A stretch of DNA of 64,000 nt from the sequence record PV191315.1. One strand, 5' to 3'. Of this stretch, positions 8,158-17,435 are shown piece by piece. The notes beneath the pieces were generated by a model. The model was not told where the DNA came from. It saw only the letters and a list, made by a program, of their open reading frames with translations, and made no database searches. Source of the DNA: Escherichia phage vB_EcoM-P3322. How positions within the stretch are numbered: position 1 is the stretch's first letter; each line of letters begins with the position of its first letter. Both the position numbers and the translations under genes were made by a program.

Positions 8158-9750
8158 GTGTCTACACAATTGAGTTTTACACCTACTGATGAACAATACG
8201 CTATTGAAAGCGGGTATAAAGAAAATCGTTTCGTTACAATTCAAGCTAAATCTGGATCAGGTAAAACGTCAACACTGTATATGTTGGCTAATGGCACAAA
8301 TGATAGTATTCTATATTTGGCATTTAACAAAAGTATGGCAGAGGAAGCTCGACGTAAAATGCCGCCCAATGTTATGTGCCGAACGCTACATTCTATTTGT
8401 TACCAGCGTCTTCCACAAAACCTTCGACACAAATTATCTCGTCCAGAAGGTCAATATGTTAACGTAGCTGGAACTGGTAGTGAGATTGCCAAGAAATTCA
8501 AGATTCAGAACTTGATCGATAAGAATGGTAAAGTGCTACTGACTCGTGCAATGATCGGGTTAATGGTAAAACAAACTTTAGCTAAATATGAGTTTTCTGA
8601 CGATGAACATATCGGACATAAACATTTTCCTAAAGTGCACATGTCAGACCTAAAACGTAAAAACATCAACGAACAAAAACTTATTAACGAAGTTGTTAAA
8701 TATGCGAAGCAACTTTGGCGTGAGCGTATTGATCCTAAATCAGAAACCATTATGACTCATGACACCTATGTGAAACTCTTTGAATTGAGCAAAGAAGATT
8801 TAGGATACGATATTATTTTTGGAGATGAATTCCAGGATGTTAACCCTGCATTCCTGTCTATCCTTCGTAATGCTAAATCGGCTAAACGTATTGTTGTTGT
8901 GGGTGATGAATTTCAGAGTATTTATCAGTTCCGTGGAAGCCAGAACATGATGAAGCAAACGGCTACATATGGGGTTGAGTTGCCTCTGACAGCTTGTTTT
9001 CGCTTTGGTTCTAAAGTTGCGGACATTGCTAATGCGATCCTTTCTGATCGTTCACCTCTGAAGCATCCGCTGGTAGGCAAAGGTTATGATACTGTCACTG
9101 GAAGTTTTCATTCTGATGTGGTAGATTATAGTAAACCTTACACCATTATTTTCCGTAAGAATTTGACTCTGTTGCTCGAAGCTATGGACCGAATCGCTAA
9201 CGGAGAAGAGATTATTATTAACGTAGATACCAAAGATTTCATTTCTATGGTTGATAGTGTTAATGCTTTACGTAGAGGTGATTTGGACAAAGTTAAACAT
9301 GAGACAGTTCTCCCTTACACTTCTTGGGAAGAATTTGTAGAGTGTGCAGAATCAGATCCTGATGCAAAACGACTTTTAAACATTGTTGTTTCTGGTAAAG
9401 CTAATAATATTGCATATACTTTACGTATGCACCGTAACTCTCCAACGGCTAAAGTTACTTTAACTACAGCCCACAAATCAAAAGGTTTGGAGTGGGATCA
9501 GGTTATTGTTGCAAATGACTTCCCTTCCAATTATGATAAGAAGGGTGAGTGGGTAGGTCTTGAAGAATCAGAACGAAATCTTCTGTATGTTGCACATACA
9601 CGTTGTATTAAATGTCTGCAATGGAACCGAACTGTTCAAGAGATTTTAGACATGCATCGTTTAGGTAAGAGCACGGCTCCTGTATCTGAAGAAGATAAGC
9701 TTATAGCTGCCCTTGCTCGTAAGATTAATCAAATCAGAGAGGATCGTTAA
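8158..9750 (+). CDS. UvrD/Rep-like superfamily 1 DNA helicase
   Basis: Walker A AKSGSGKTS; motif II FGDEFQD; motif III VVVGDEFQSIYQFRG; motif VI-like TTAHKSKGLEWDQVIV; GTG start with SD. Confidence 0.7.
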   Translation: MSTQLSFTPTDEQYAIESGYKENRFVTIQAKSGSGKTSTLYMLANGTNDSILYLAFNKSMAEEARRKMPPNVMCRTLHSICYQRLPQNLRHKLSRPEGQYVNVAGTGSEIAKKFKIQNLIDKNGKVLLTRAMIGLMVKQTLAKYEFSDDEHIGHKHFPKVHMSDLKRKNINEQKLINEVVKYAKQLWRERIDPKSETIMTHDTYVKLFELSKEDLGYDIIFGDEFQDVNPAFLSILRNAKSAKRIVVVGDEFQSIYQFRGSQNMMKQTATYGVELPLTACFRFGSKVADIANAILSDRSPLKHPLVGKGYDTVTGSFHSDVVDYSKPYTIIFRKNLTLLLEAMDRIANGEEIIINVDTKDFISMVDSVNALRRGDLDKVKHETVLPYTSWEEFVECAESDPDAKRLLNIVVSGKANNIAYTLRMHRNSPTAKVTLTTAHKSKGLEWDQVIVANDFPSNYDKKGEWVGLEESERNLLYVAHTRCIKCLQWNRTVQEILDMHRLGKSTAPVSEEDKLIAALARKINQIREDR

Positions 9751-10002
9751 ATGGCAGGGTATCACATAACAGACATTAAGAAACAATCTTACGGAAGCAT
9801 AGAAAAGATTAAAGAGGAAGTGGAAGAACTTTTCGATGCTGTTGAACAGGATTGCAAAATAATGCAACTTGTTGAACTATCTGATATTATAGGTGCTGTC
9901 GAGGGAGTGTTAGAACAACAGTTCCCAGGTACGACTTTACAAGATTTGATCATTATGTCAAACATTACTAAACGTGCGTTTCGCACAGGAGGAAGGTCAT
10001 GA
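9751..10002 (+). CDS. MazG/HisE-like nucleotide pyrophosphohydrolase
   Basis: 83 aa; paired acidic motifs EEVEELFDAVEQD and ELSDIIGAVEGVLE fit the all-alpha NTP pyrophosphatase pattern. Confidence 0.4.
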   Translation: MAGYHITDIKKQSYGSIEKIKEEVEELFDAVEQDCKIMQLVELSDIIGAVEGVLEQQFPGTTLQDLIIMSNITKRAFRTGGRS

Positions 10003-10556
10003 ACACAGGTGTGATTGCCGAAGCCATCCAGAGTTATGGACGCTTTGCTGAAATGTTAGATGTTCCTTATTTAGTAGATGCAGATATTTTGGCATTCACA
10101 CTGCCACCTGGCAAAGAAGATGCTCCTTTGGGGCATCCTAATGGGAAGTTTTATGTTGCCAGTGCCGAGCAATCATTCTTGCAAATGGAAAAGGATGGCT
10201 ACGAGTTTATCGCTGGTCATCCCTACATGGCCCTGACACCATGTTACCGCACAGAGGAAGTGTTGGATGATTCTCACTTCAACATCTTCTTGAAGCTGGA
10301 GTTGATTGAGTTCTATCCCAGCTTTGGTGAAGTGAAAGAGTATGCCGAAGAAATGCGATACTTCTTCTGGACCTACTACAAAGTCCAAACAAGAATTGTA
10401 GAAACAGAAATAGGGCTTGACGTGGAAGACATGAATGGTTTAGAATTAGGGTCATTCGGAACAAGATTGTCCCCACAAGGTCATCCATATATTTATGCAA
10501 CAGCCATAGCCGAACCTCGTGCATCTATGGCAATTAACAGGAGGAATCATGATTAA
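9999..10556 (+). CDS. hypothetical protein
   Basis: Track ORF 185 aa; ATGA overlap. Confidence 0.5.
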   Translation: MNTGVIAEAIQSYGRFAEMLDVPYLVDADILAFTLPPGKEDAPLGHPNGKFYVASAEQSFLQMEKDGYEFIAGHPYMALTPCYRTEEVLDDSHFNIFLKLELIEFYPSFGEVKEYAEEMRYFFWTYYKVQTRIVETEIGLDVEDMNGLELGSFGTRLSPQGHPYIYATAIAEPRASMAINRRNHD

Positions 10557-11937
10557 TAAATTTGCCCGTAAACAGGAAGTTGCTGAAGCAGCACGTCGCG
10601 CTGGTGTGTATGACAAATTGTGTGAAGGTATTGTGAAGGTGTATGGCTGGGAGGGAGAAGATGATCCAACCTGTTCAGGTGATTTTGCAATGAACGATAT
10701 GACCTTCCCATATATTTCCTACAATGCCTCCACTGGTGAAATAAACGGTGTAACCAGCACCAGTGTTGATCGTTATCCAGACGCAGAACAAACCACAGGA
10801 GGTTACATGTTAGATCTGATTCTTAAGAAATCAGGGTTATTGGGAATCGAAGACGTTTTCGTAGATGCAGATAGTTTATCATTAAGAGATGTTGTTAAAC
10901 TACTGGTAGACTTTAGATTTGCAACAGGTAAAAGCTTCTGGAAGCCAGAAGATGCTGAACGTTTGAAGACAATCGACCCAAGTATGTATGAACTGCCACA
11001 ATATAAAGATAAACAATTCCGCAAGGTTATCTTCTTTGATCGTCAAGCAGGCTTAGATGCAATGCATATTGAAGTTGGGGATTTACCACGCCCACACTCT
11101 GCTGCTACTGGTGATCGCGGCCTTGTAGAAGTCACGGCCCAAGAATTTAAAAATATGTTTGCTGCGAAATACGATGAAGCTGCGCCTGTGCCAAGTATTG
11201 AGGAGCAAGAGGAAGAACAGTTTGTAGCGGAAGATACTGCATTTGAATATCTGCCGAACACAGGTGTTATGCCTTCAGAAGATTTCGTGCAGGTTCGCTT
11301 CAACAATGGTCAAACAGATGTTGCTAAGGGAACAGTATTCACTTGGAATATCGACAATCTGGAAGAGTGGGCGATTAAAGAATACTTCATTCTCCCGCGC
11401 ACGGCAAAATACAACTATAATAATGGTGGACACCGCCCTTGTGGTGGTCACGTAGAAGTTCTCTTTCGTGACGGAACTACGGATAGTGGATCGGCTACGC
11501 ATTTCACTTGGGGTCATGTTGGATATGATCGGGATATTGTTGGTTGGCTTCCAACTAACAACCCTAAACCACGTTACCGTAAGCCTCGTAAGAAGCCGCC
11601 AGTAGGTAAGAAGAGTGTCGTTCGTGTCCTTTACACTACACAGCAGACATACACATTTAAAAATGTGGTAGACGTGCAAGTGACCGAGGAGCGAGTTTAT
11701 ATCCAATATGATCGTGAAGTTACAGAGGGTATTAAAGAATCGGTTACTACCGAAATTGAAAATAAGCTTGTTATGGCAATCATTGTTGAAGAAAGTAAAG
11801 TAGAGAACGGTAAAGCCTACACTGTTCGTGATAGCTTCTTGCGTAACATTGATGGAACTTGGGATTATAATGGACACGATGGGACCGCTGTAAAGAACGG
11901 TAAGATCATGGGAAGACAATTCCTCTCCAAACGATAA
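10549..11937 (+). CDS. hypothetical protein (462 aa)
   Basis: Track ORF 10519..11937; start moved to ATG 10549 (MINKFARK) after AGGAGGAATC; followed by strong terminator. Confidence 0.55.
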   Translation: MINKFARKQEVAEAARRAGVYDKLCEGIVKVYGWEGEDDPTCSGDFAMNDMTFPYISYNASTGEINGVTSTSVDRYPDAEQTTGGYMLDLILKKSGLLGIEDVFVDADSLSLRDVVKLLVDFRFATGKSFWKPEDAERLKTIDPSMYELPQYKDKQFRKVIFFDRQAGLDAMHIEVGDLPRPHSAATGDRGLVEVTAQEFKNMFAAKYDEAAPVPSIEEQEEEQFVAEDTAFEYLPNTGVMPSEDFVQVRFNNGQTDVAKGTVFTWNIDNLEEWAIKEYFILPRTAKYNYNNGGHRPCGGHVEVLFRDGTTDSGSATHFTWGHVGYDRDIVGWLPTNNPKPRYRKPRKKPPVGKKSVVRVLYTTQQTYTFKNVVDVQVTEERVYIQYDREVTEGIKESVTTEIENKLVMAIIVEESKVENGKAYTVRDSFLRNIDGTWDYNGHDGTAVKNGKIMGRQFLSKR

Positions 11938-11943
11938 AACTTA

Positions 11944-11966
11944 AAGGCGCACTTTGCGCCTTTTTT
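11944..11966 (+). terminator. rho-independent terminator
   Basis: Stem AAGGCGCA / TGCGCCTT with 3-nt loop, followed by TTTTTT. Confidence 0.6.
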
Positions 11967-12006
11967 GATTTTCCTCAAAGCTTTTTTCGGTTGGAAGAGG
12001 TAGAAT
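11965..12006 (+). promoter_or_regulatory. nrdDG promoter with FNR-like box TTGAT-N4-CTCAA and -10 TAGAAT
   Basis: Box 11965-11978 (one mismatch to TTGAT-N4-ATCAA) centred about 41.5 nt upstream of the predicted start downstream of -10 (12001-12006); no good -35. Confidence 0.35.
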
Positions 12007-12037
12007 AATAGTTCTACTCACAAAATAAGGATTAATA

Positions 12038-13864
12038 ATGAAAGATTTGTACCAAGATGTTTTTTCTTTTTTAGATCGCACTTCAGAAACATACACTAGA
12101 GAGAATGCAAACAAACCTTCCCACCTCGTTAACACGCATAGGGATCTCTTGGCGGGGATTTTAAGCAAACATATGGCAATGACACAGATACTGCCAAAAA
12201 ACTTGTCAGAATGGCATACAGAAGGTTTTGGACATATTCACGACTTGGATTATCTGCTCTCTCCTCTTACAAACTGTTGTCTTGTTAATTATCAAGATAT
12301 GTTAGAAAATGGTTTTAAGATCGGTGCTGCACAGATAGAAAAACCAAAATCTATTGGAGTAGCTACCACAGTGCTAACTCAAATCATCCAAGCTGTAGCA
12401 TCGAGCCAGTATGGTGGACAGACTTGTGCGCATATTGACGAGGGATTAAAACAATACGTAGAAAAAAGCTACAACAAAATCTTTAATAATCTCAGCAAAA
12501 ATTATCGTGGTCCTAATACAGAGGACTTAGAGAAAAGGGCGATGGAAGTGGTGGACAGTCTTGTTTATGACGCAATGCAAACACTTCTGTATCAAGTTAA
12601 TACCTTGATGAGTGTGAATGGTCAATCACCATTCATCACTATCAGCCTCGGCTTGGACACCTCTGTTTTTGGACGAATGATCACTAAGAACTATTTAAAG
12701 GTTCATACAGGAGGTCTTGGGAAGGATCGCGTGACCCCAGTATTCCCGAAAGTCGTGTTCTTCCTGAAAGACGGGGTGAATATGAAACCGGGTGACCCGA
12801 ATTACGATCTCAAGCAACTGGCAATGGAATGTTGTGCAGAAAGGATTTACCCTGATTTCATCTCTGTTCCACTGAACATGGAAGTCACAGGATCTTCAGA
12901 TGGCAAGGTTACAAGCATGGGTTGCAGAAGCTTCCTTTCTCACTATGCCACCGAACAAGGAGAAAAATACGATGGACGATTCAACCTTGGAGTAGTTTCT
13001 ATCAACTTACCTCTGATCGCTGCGGAAGCGAGAAGTAAAGGAGAATCTTTCACCGATCTTCTTAATAAACATATGGAGATAGCCTACGATGCTCACATGC
13101 TACGTGTAAACCGTATCAGACATACCAAAGCATCTGAAAACCCTATTCTTTTCATGGAAGGGGCTTTAGCTCGTTTAAATGCCAACGATGAAATTGGTGT
13201 TTTGTTTGAAGGTGGTTATGCTTCTATTAGTATTGGTTATGTAGGTCTTGCCGAAGCTTTGGAAATCCTTTATCCAGAAGAAAAAGATAAAAAGGAACTT
13301 GGTAAAAACATTCTGCAACATATGAAAGATGTGTGTGCTGTGTTTAAAGAACGATCTAATTTGGCGTTTAGTCTCTATGGAACTCCAGCAGAATCTTTGT
13401 GCTATAAGTTTGCAACAGCTTTAAATGAAAAATACCCAGGTTTGGTAGAAAGAGACTATCTTACTAACTCTTTTCATCAACCTGTGTGGTTGGTAACAAA
13501 CCCTTTTGAAAAATGGGATTATGAAGCAGGTTTTGCACAGATTAGTAATGGTGGTAACATAAGTTATGTCGAAACACCAAACTTAAAGAATAACTTAGAA
13601 GCTTTGGAAACTTTAGTAGACTACGCTTATGAACATATTCACTATTTTGGTATTAATCAGCCCGTGGATCAATGCTTTAAGTGTGGTTTTCATGGGGAAT
13701 TTAAGGCAACGGCTAAAGGGTTTGAGTGTCCTGATTGTGGCAACCATGAAGAAGAAACTATTTCTGTAGTTAGACGTGTATCAGGGTATCTTTCTGCCCC
13801 TAATTCACGGCCTTATAACAAAGGTAAAATGCAGGAAGTTTTGCAAAGGGAGAAACATTTTTGA
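12038..13864 (+). CDS. nrdD: anaerobic ribonucleoside-triphosphate reductase (class III)
   Basis: 608 aa; C-terminal zinc ribbon CFKCGFHGEF...CPDCGNHEE followed by glycyl-radical-type RVSGYLS; next gene is a radical-SAM activase. Confidence 0.8.
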   Translation: MKDLYQDVFSFLDRTSETYTRENANKPSHLVNTHRDLLAGILSKHMAMTQILPKNLSEWHTEGFGHIHDLDYLLSPLTNCCLVNYQDMLENGFKIGAAQIEKPKSIGVATTVLTQIIQAVASSQYGGQTCAHIDEGLKQYVEKSYNKIFNNLSKNYRGPNTEDLEKRAMEVVDSLVYDAMQTLLYQVNTLMSVNGQSPFITISLGLDTSVFGRMITKNYLKVHTGGLGKDRVTPVFPKVVFFLKDGVNMKPGDPNYDLKQLAMECCAERIYPDFISVPLNMEVTGSSDGKVTSMGCRSFLSHYATEQGEKYDGRFNLGVVSINLPLIAAEARSKGESFTDLLNKHMEIAYDAHMLRVNRIRHTKASENPILFMEGALARLNANDEIGVLFEGGYASISIGYVGLAEALEILYPEEKDKKELGKNILQHMKDVCAVFKERSNLAFSLYGTPAESLCYKFATALNEKYPGLVERDYLTNSFHQPVWLVTNPFEKWDYEAGFAQISNGGNISYVETPNLKNNLEALETLVDYAYEHIHYFGINQPVDQCFKCGFHGEFKATAKGFECPDCGNHEEETISVVRRVSGYLSAPNSRPYNKGKMQEVLQREKHF

Positions 13865-14331
13865 ATTTTGCAGGATACGAACCTGTAGATCTTATTAATG
13901 GTGAGGGAGTTAGGTGCTCCCTCTGGGTTAGTGGTTGTAGCCACGGTTGTCGTGGCTGTTTTAACCAAAAAGCCTGGTCTTATTCTTATGGGAAACCGTT
14001 TACTCACGAAAATGTAGAGCAAGTTTTAAAAGATTTGTCAAGACCGTTTGTAAAAGGTTTAACAATTTTAGGAGGAGAGCCATTAGATCCACAGAATATT
14101 TACAATGTTAAAAACCTTATAGAAAAGGTTAGAGACGTTTATGGGTCAAGCAAAGATATAATGGTGTATACAGGGTATACTTTTGAGGAAGTGCCTTTGT
14201 ATATTAAAAATCTTGTTGACATTATTGTAGACGGAAAGTATGAAATAAACAATCCAACTGCAAAACCTTTCAGAGGGTCAGATAATCAAAGATTATGGAC
14301 CAAAACGGCAAGTGGTTGGCAATCAGATTAA
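13861..14331 (+). CDS. nrdG: anaerobic ribonucleotide reductase activating protein (radical SAM)
   Basis: 156 aa; CSHGCRGCFN cluster near N-terminus; TTG start overlapping nrdD stop. Confidence 0.7.
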   Translation: MNFAGYEPVDLINGEGVRCSLWVSGCSHGCRGCFNQKAWSYSYGKPFTHENVEQVLKDLSRPFVKGLTILGGEPLDPQNIYNVKNLIEKVRDVYGSSKDIMVYTGYTFEEVPLYIKNLVDIIVDGKYEINNPTAKPFRGSDNQRLWTKTASGWQSD

Positions 14332-14344
14332 CTTAGGAGGTTTC

Positions 14345-14536
14345 ATGGTTACATATTTTGCTGTAGGAGATAGAGTAGGGACGGCGGGAGAACTTTTGAA
14401 GAACAGTGATCGGGACGTTAAGGACATTCTTGCAACCCTTGTGGATATTTTACAAAGAAAAGAGTTGCTTTCTGATCGAGATGTTGCTAAATTACTTGAT
14501 ATCGGAGGAGATGAACTTCAAAGACTTCCATTTTAA
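14345..14536 (+). CDS. hypothetical protein
   Basis: Track ORF 14312..14536; start moved to ATG 14345 after AGGAGG. Confidence 0.45.
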   Translation: MVTYFAVGDRVGTAGELLKNSDRDVKDILATLVDILQRKELLSDRDVAKLLDIGGDELQRLPF

Positions 14537-14551
14537 GTGAGGAGATAAGTA

Positions 14552-15157
14552 ATGCAACATAGTGTAGTAGTCAACATGCCGAATAGTGGGGATAAATCTT
14601 TTGGTGTCCCTGCTAAAAAAGTGTGGAAAGCCCATTTTCATCTTACTTTATCTAATGTTAGTTCTGAAGAGTTGATGAAAGCAGCTAAGATTATTGGTGC
14701 CAAATGCACAACAATTGATTTACATCGGGATACAAAGTCTCAACGTGATCGTATGTTAACAAAGTATCAAAGCGATCTCGACACTACTTTAATGTTGCAG
14801 TGTGTAGAAAAACTTGAGAATGCAGGTTTCAATGTTGTTCGTTACAAACTGGAACGAATGTTTAAACATGTTGCCTGTGTTCTTTTCATGGATCTAAGTA
14901 AAGAAAATTACGGAGAAGTTCACATTAAGACTTCAGCAAGTGATCCCGAAGTAGAAACAAACTTCTTCCGTATTTCTTCTAATGCTGAAGAAGTTGATTA
15001 CCGATTTTATAATGCTCGCTTATATTCCGCAGAAGATAAGTTGCGTTTCAATGAAGCGTATGATATGCTCTTGAACAGTGGGATACAGATAAAAGGCTAC
15101 CACATAGAACAAGTGGTAGTGGACAGTAATCTTAACTTAGACGCATGGTGGGCTTAA
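14552..15157 (+). CDS. hypothetical protein
   Basis: Track ORF 201 aa; SD GAGGAG; no recognisable motif. Confidence 0.55.
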   Translation: MQHSVVVNMPNSGDKSFGVPAKKVWKAHFHLTLSNVSSEELMKAAKIIGAKCTTIDLHRDTKSQRDRMLTKYQSDLDTTLMLQCVEKLENAGFNVVRYKLERMFKHVACVLFMDLSKENYGEVHIKTSASDPEVETNFFRISSNAEEVDYRFYNARLYSAEDKLRFNEAYDMLLNSGIQIKGYHIEQVVVDSNLNLDAWWA

Positions 15158-15158
15158 T

Positions 15159-15815
15159 ATGACTATTAAACATATCTCTTTTGATGTATGGAACACACTG
15201 ATCACAGCAAACTCCAATTACGCAGACATGCGAGCCTGGACTATCGCAAAATATGGAGATATTACGGAAGTGGAAGCAAGAGCAGCTTATAAAAAGATCA
15301 AAAAGGAACTGGATAATGCAGCACTTCAAGGCAAAGCCGAGTGTGCAGCATATGCTTGGGAAAGACTTGGTTCTGAACTTGGGATAACGCCTTGGAAGTC
15401 TGCAAAGCTTCGTTTCGAGTGTGAACAGTGGTTCCTTAAGTTTCCACCACACGTAGCCGTGGATCTGCCGATGTACTTGCTGTATCTTTCGGGGCGTTAT
15501 GATTTGAGTATTAAGAGCAATACCAACTTCATATCAGGGGATATCCTGCGTCGTGCTTGTAAGTTTGATAGTTGGAATTGTTTTGAGTTCACCCATTTCT
15601 CGGATGAAGCTTTACTTTGTAAACCAGATCCGCGATTCTTTGCTCGCACGCTCACGTATTCTCCGATCCCTCTGTTAGGGCACGAAGTGTTGCACGTAGG
15701 CGATAGTGAAGAATATGATGGAAAATGTGTTGACTTAGGATTTAACTTCTGTCATATTAAGAACCCTAACGACTTACTAGAGAAACTTAAAAGAGGAGAA
15801 ATTGTAAATGCGTAA
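15159..15815 (+). CDS. HAD-superfamily phosphatase-like hydrolase
   Basis: Motif I-like ISFDVWNTLI near N-terminus and motif IV-like HVGDSEEYD. Confidence 0.5.
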   Translation: MTIKHISFDVWNTLITANSNYADMRAWTIAKYGDITEVEARAAYKKIKKELDNAALQGKAECAAYAWERLGSELGITPWKSAKLRFECEQWFLKFPPHVAVDLPMYLLYLSGRYDLSIKSNTNFISGDILRRACKFDSWNCFEFTHFSDEALLCKPDPRFFARTLTYSPIPLLGHEVLHVGDSEEYDGKCVDLGFNFCHIKNPNDLLEKLKRGEIVNA

Positions 15816-16635
15816 TCAAACTCAAATTTTTGCAAATAAATTTGATGACCTGGAAACTGCTACTTTTGATATCCAAGATTATTCAAAATTGAAATTTGGT
15901 AGTAACCAAGCTGCGCGTCGTATGGGTAAAGAATTGGCACTTCAGTTTTTTGCTCAAGTGGCAATGAAACATATTGGGGAACAATTTGTTATCATTCCTT
16001 CTCCTTATAACCATGTGCATAATGCTGCAACAATGATGACAGATCATTTTATTAATTACTTTAATATGTTGCAATCACAATATGATCAAGGTCGTTCAGC
16101 AGAACTGGACATTATTCATCGTAAAGTTAGCTATATCAACGATTATGGTTTCTTGGATAAAGCTAGTCGTAAGAAACTTATTGATGGGGATACATTCTAC
16201 TGCAACAAAGAATTCTGGGGTGATAAGAAGCTTGTATTCATTGATGATGTAAATATCACTGGAACGCATGAAGACAAACTGATTGAGATCCTTGATGAAA
16301 ATCAAGTTAAAAATGATGTTTACTTCCTGTATTTTGCAAAATACGAAGGTAATCAAGCAGATACCGAAGCTAAACTGAATTTTAACTACATTAATACACC
16401 AGAAGCGTTTGTTAAAATGATTAATGAAGAACGTGATGCACAGTGTCTTGTTCGTCCTATTAAGTATCTTATGGGCCAAAATCATGAAGACTTCAAAATC
16501 ATTCTTAGCCAATTGCCACATTACTATGTAGAGCAACTTTTCTTTGGATGCTTGGGAGAAGGTTACAACCGAATTTCAAAGTATGCTGAAAACTTTGAAT
16601 TCTTGGATCGTTACACAAAACAACACATTCTGTAA
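15808..16635 (+). CDS. phosphoribosyltransferase-like protein
   Basis: PRPP-binding-loop-like KLVFIDDVNITGTHED; overlaps HAD gene by 8 nt. Confidence 0.45.
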   Translation: MRNQTQIFANKFDDLETATFDIQDYSKLKFGSNQAARRMGKELALQFFAQVAMKHIGEQFVIIPSPYNHVHNAATMMTDHFINYFNMLQSQYDQGRSAELDIIHRKVSYINDYGFLDKASRKKLIDGDTFYCNKEFWGDKKLVFIDDVNITGTHEDKLIEILDENQVKNDVYFLYFAKYEGNQADTEAKLNFNYINTPEAFVKMINEERDAQCLVRPIKYLMGQNHEDFKIILSQLPHYYVEQLFFGCLGEGYNRISKYAENFEFLDRYTKQHIL

Positions 16636-16648
16636 TAAGGAGCTAAAA

Positions 16649-17122
16649 ATGCTTAAAATTAAAACAGGTAATCTTATTGATGCCGCTAAAGCAGGTGAAG
16701 TAACTGTTATTGCTCATTGTTGCAACTGTATGTGTAATATGGGGGCAGGTATTGCCCCACAAATCAAACGAGCATTTCCTTACGCATATGCAGCAGACTT
16801 AGACACAATGGCTGGTGATCAAAGTAAACTAGGTTGTTTTAGTTTAGGGGTGCCAGACGAACAATCCGACCCTTTGGTATATAATCTATACGGGCAATAC
16901 CGTTACGGATACAATGCTAAAGGTCGTCAGTTGGACTATGATGCACTTTACGATGCACTAATAGCTATGGCTAACGATTTGCTTCTCCGTGACCAAAAAT
17001 GTAAGATCGGCTTACCTATGATTGGCGCTGGATATGCTGGAGGTAATTGGGCTATCATCCAAGTGATGATTGAAGAAACTTTAGTAAAAACAGGTCACGA
17101 TGTGACTATTTATAAACTTTAA
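16649..17122 (+). CDS. macro-domain protein (ADP-ribose binding/processing)
   Basis: Track ORF 16544..17122, start moved to ATG 16649 after AAGGAG; VIAHCCNCMCNMGAGIAPQIKRAFP aligns with the macro-domain Gly-rich loop, second loop LPMIGAGYAGG. Confidence 0.5.
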   Translation: MLKIKTGNLIDAAKAGEVTVIAHCCNCMCNMGAGIAPQIKRAFPYAYAADLDTMAGDQSKLGCFSLGVPDEQSDPLVYNLYGQYRYGYNAKGRQLDYDALYDALIAMANDLLLRDQKCKIGLPMIGAGYAGGNWAIIQVMIEETLVKTGHDVTIYKL

Positions 17123-17134
17123 GAGGAGATTAGT

Positions 17135-17356
17135 ATGGGTGTTTTTGCAGGTATTGTTGCAGTGGTAAGCTTTTTTGTTATTGCTTTTATGCTTAGTTTG
17201 ATTCCAGCTTGGTTACTGTTGCTGGCTTACAACTATGTTGCTGAAGTTATGGGTCATGCAGATATCACTGTCCCAGTAACCTTCTGGACCGTGGTTTGTG
17301 TTTCGTTTATTCTGGCTGTATTACGAGGAATCTTTTCCTCTCATTCAACAAAATAA
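17135..17356 (+). CDS. small membrane protein (2 TM)
   Basis: Track ORF 73 aa; hydrophobic helices; SD AGGAGA. Confidence 0.5.
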   Translation: MGVFAGIVAVVSFFVIAFMLSLIPAWLLLLAYNYVAEVMGHADITVPVTFWTVVCVSFILAVLRGIFSSHSTK

Positions 17357-17359
17357 GTG

Positions 17360-17387
17360 TTGACATAGTTCTTAAAAAGAGTAAGAT
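17360..17387 (+). promoter_or_regulatory. candidate sigma70-type promoter (TTGACA-N16-TAAGAT) preceded by motif AAAATAAGTG
   Basis: Consensus hexamers in the 80-nt gap before the TerC-like gene. Confidence 0.4.
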
Positions 17388-17399
17388 GTATCACATGAA

Positions 17400-17418
17400 G
17401 CGGGGAATAGTTCCCCGC
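17400..17418 (+). promoter_or_regulatory. 5' leader stem-loop GCGGGGAA-TAG-TTCCCCGC
   Basis: Perfect 8-bp GC-rich stem between promoter and RBS, no T-run after it. Confidence 0.3.
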
Positions 17419-17435
17419 AAAGAGAGGAGAAAAGA

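Noticed and set aside
8189-8467. 92-aa alternative-frame ORF inside the helicase gene
   Set aside because: Same strand but out of frame within a gene with Walker A and UvrD motifs; no independent start signals.
11275-11919. 214-aa minus-strand ORF inside 10549..11937
   Set aside because: Antisense to a gene bounded by SD and terminator; no RBS and it would be the only minus-strand gene in a 35-kb plus-strand region.
16096-16536. 146-aa minus-strand ORF inside the PRTase-like gene
   Set aside because: Antisense to a gene with a PRPP-loop motif; Ile/Asn/Phe-rich AT-driven frame.
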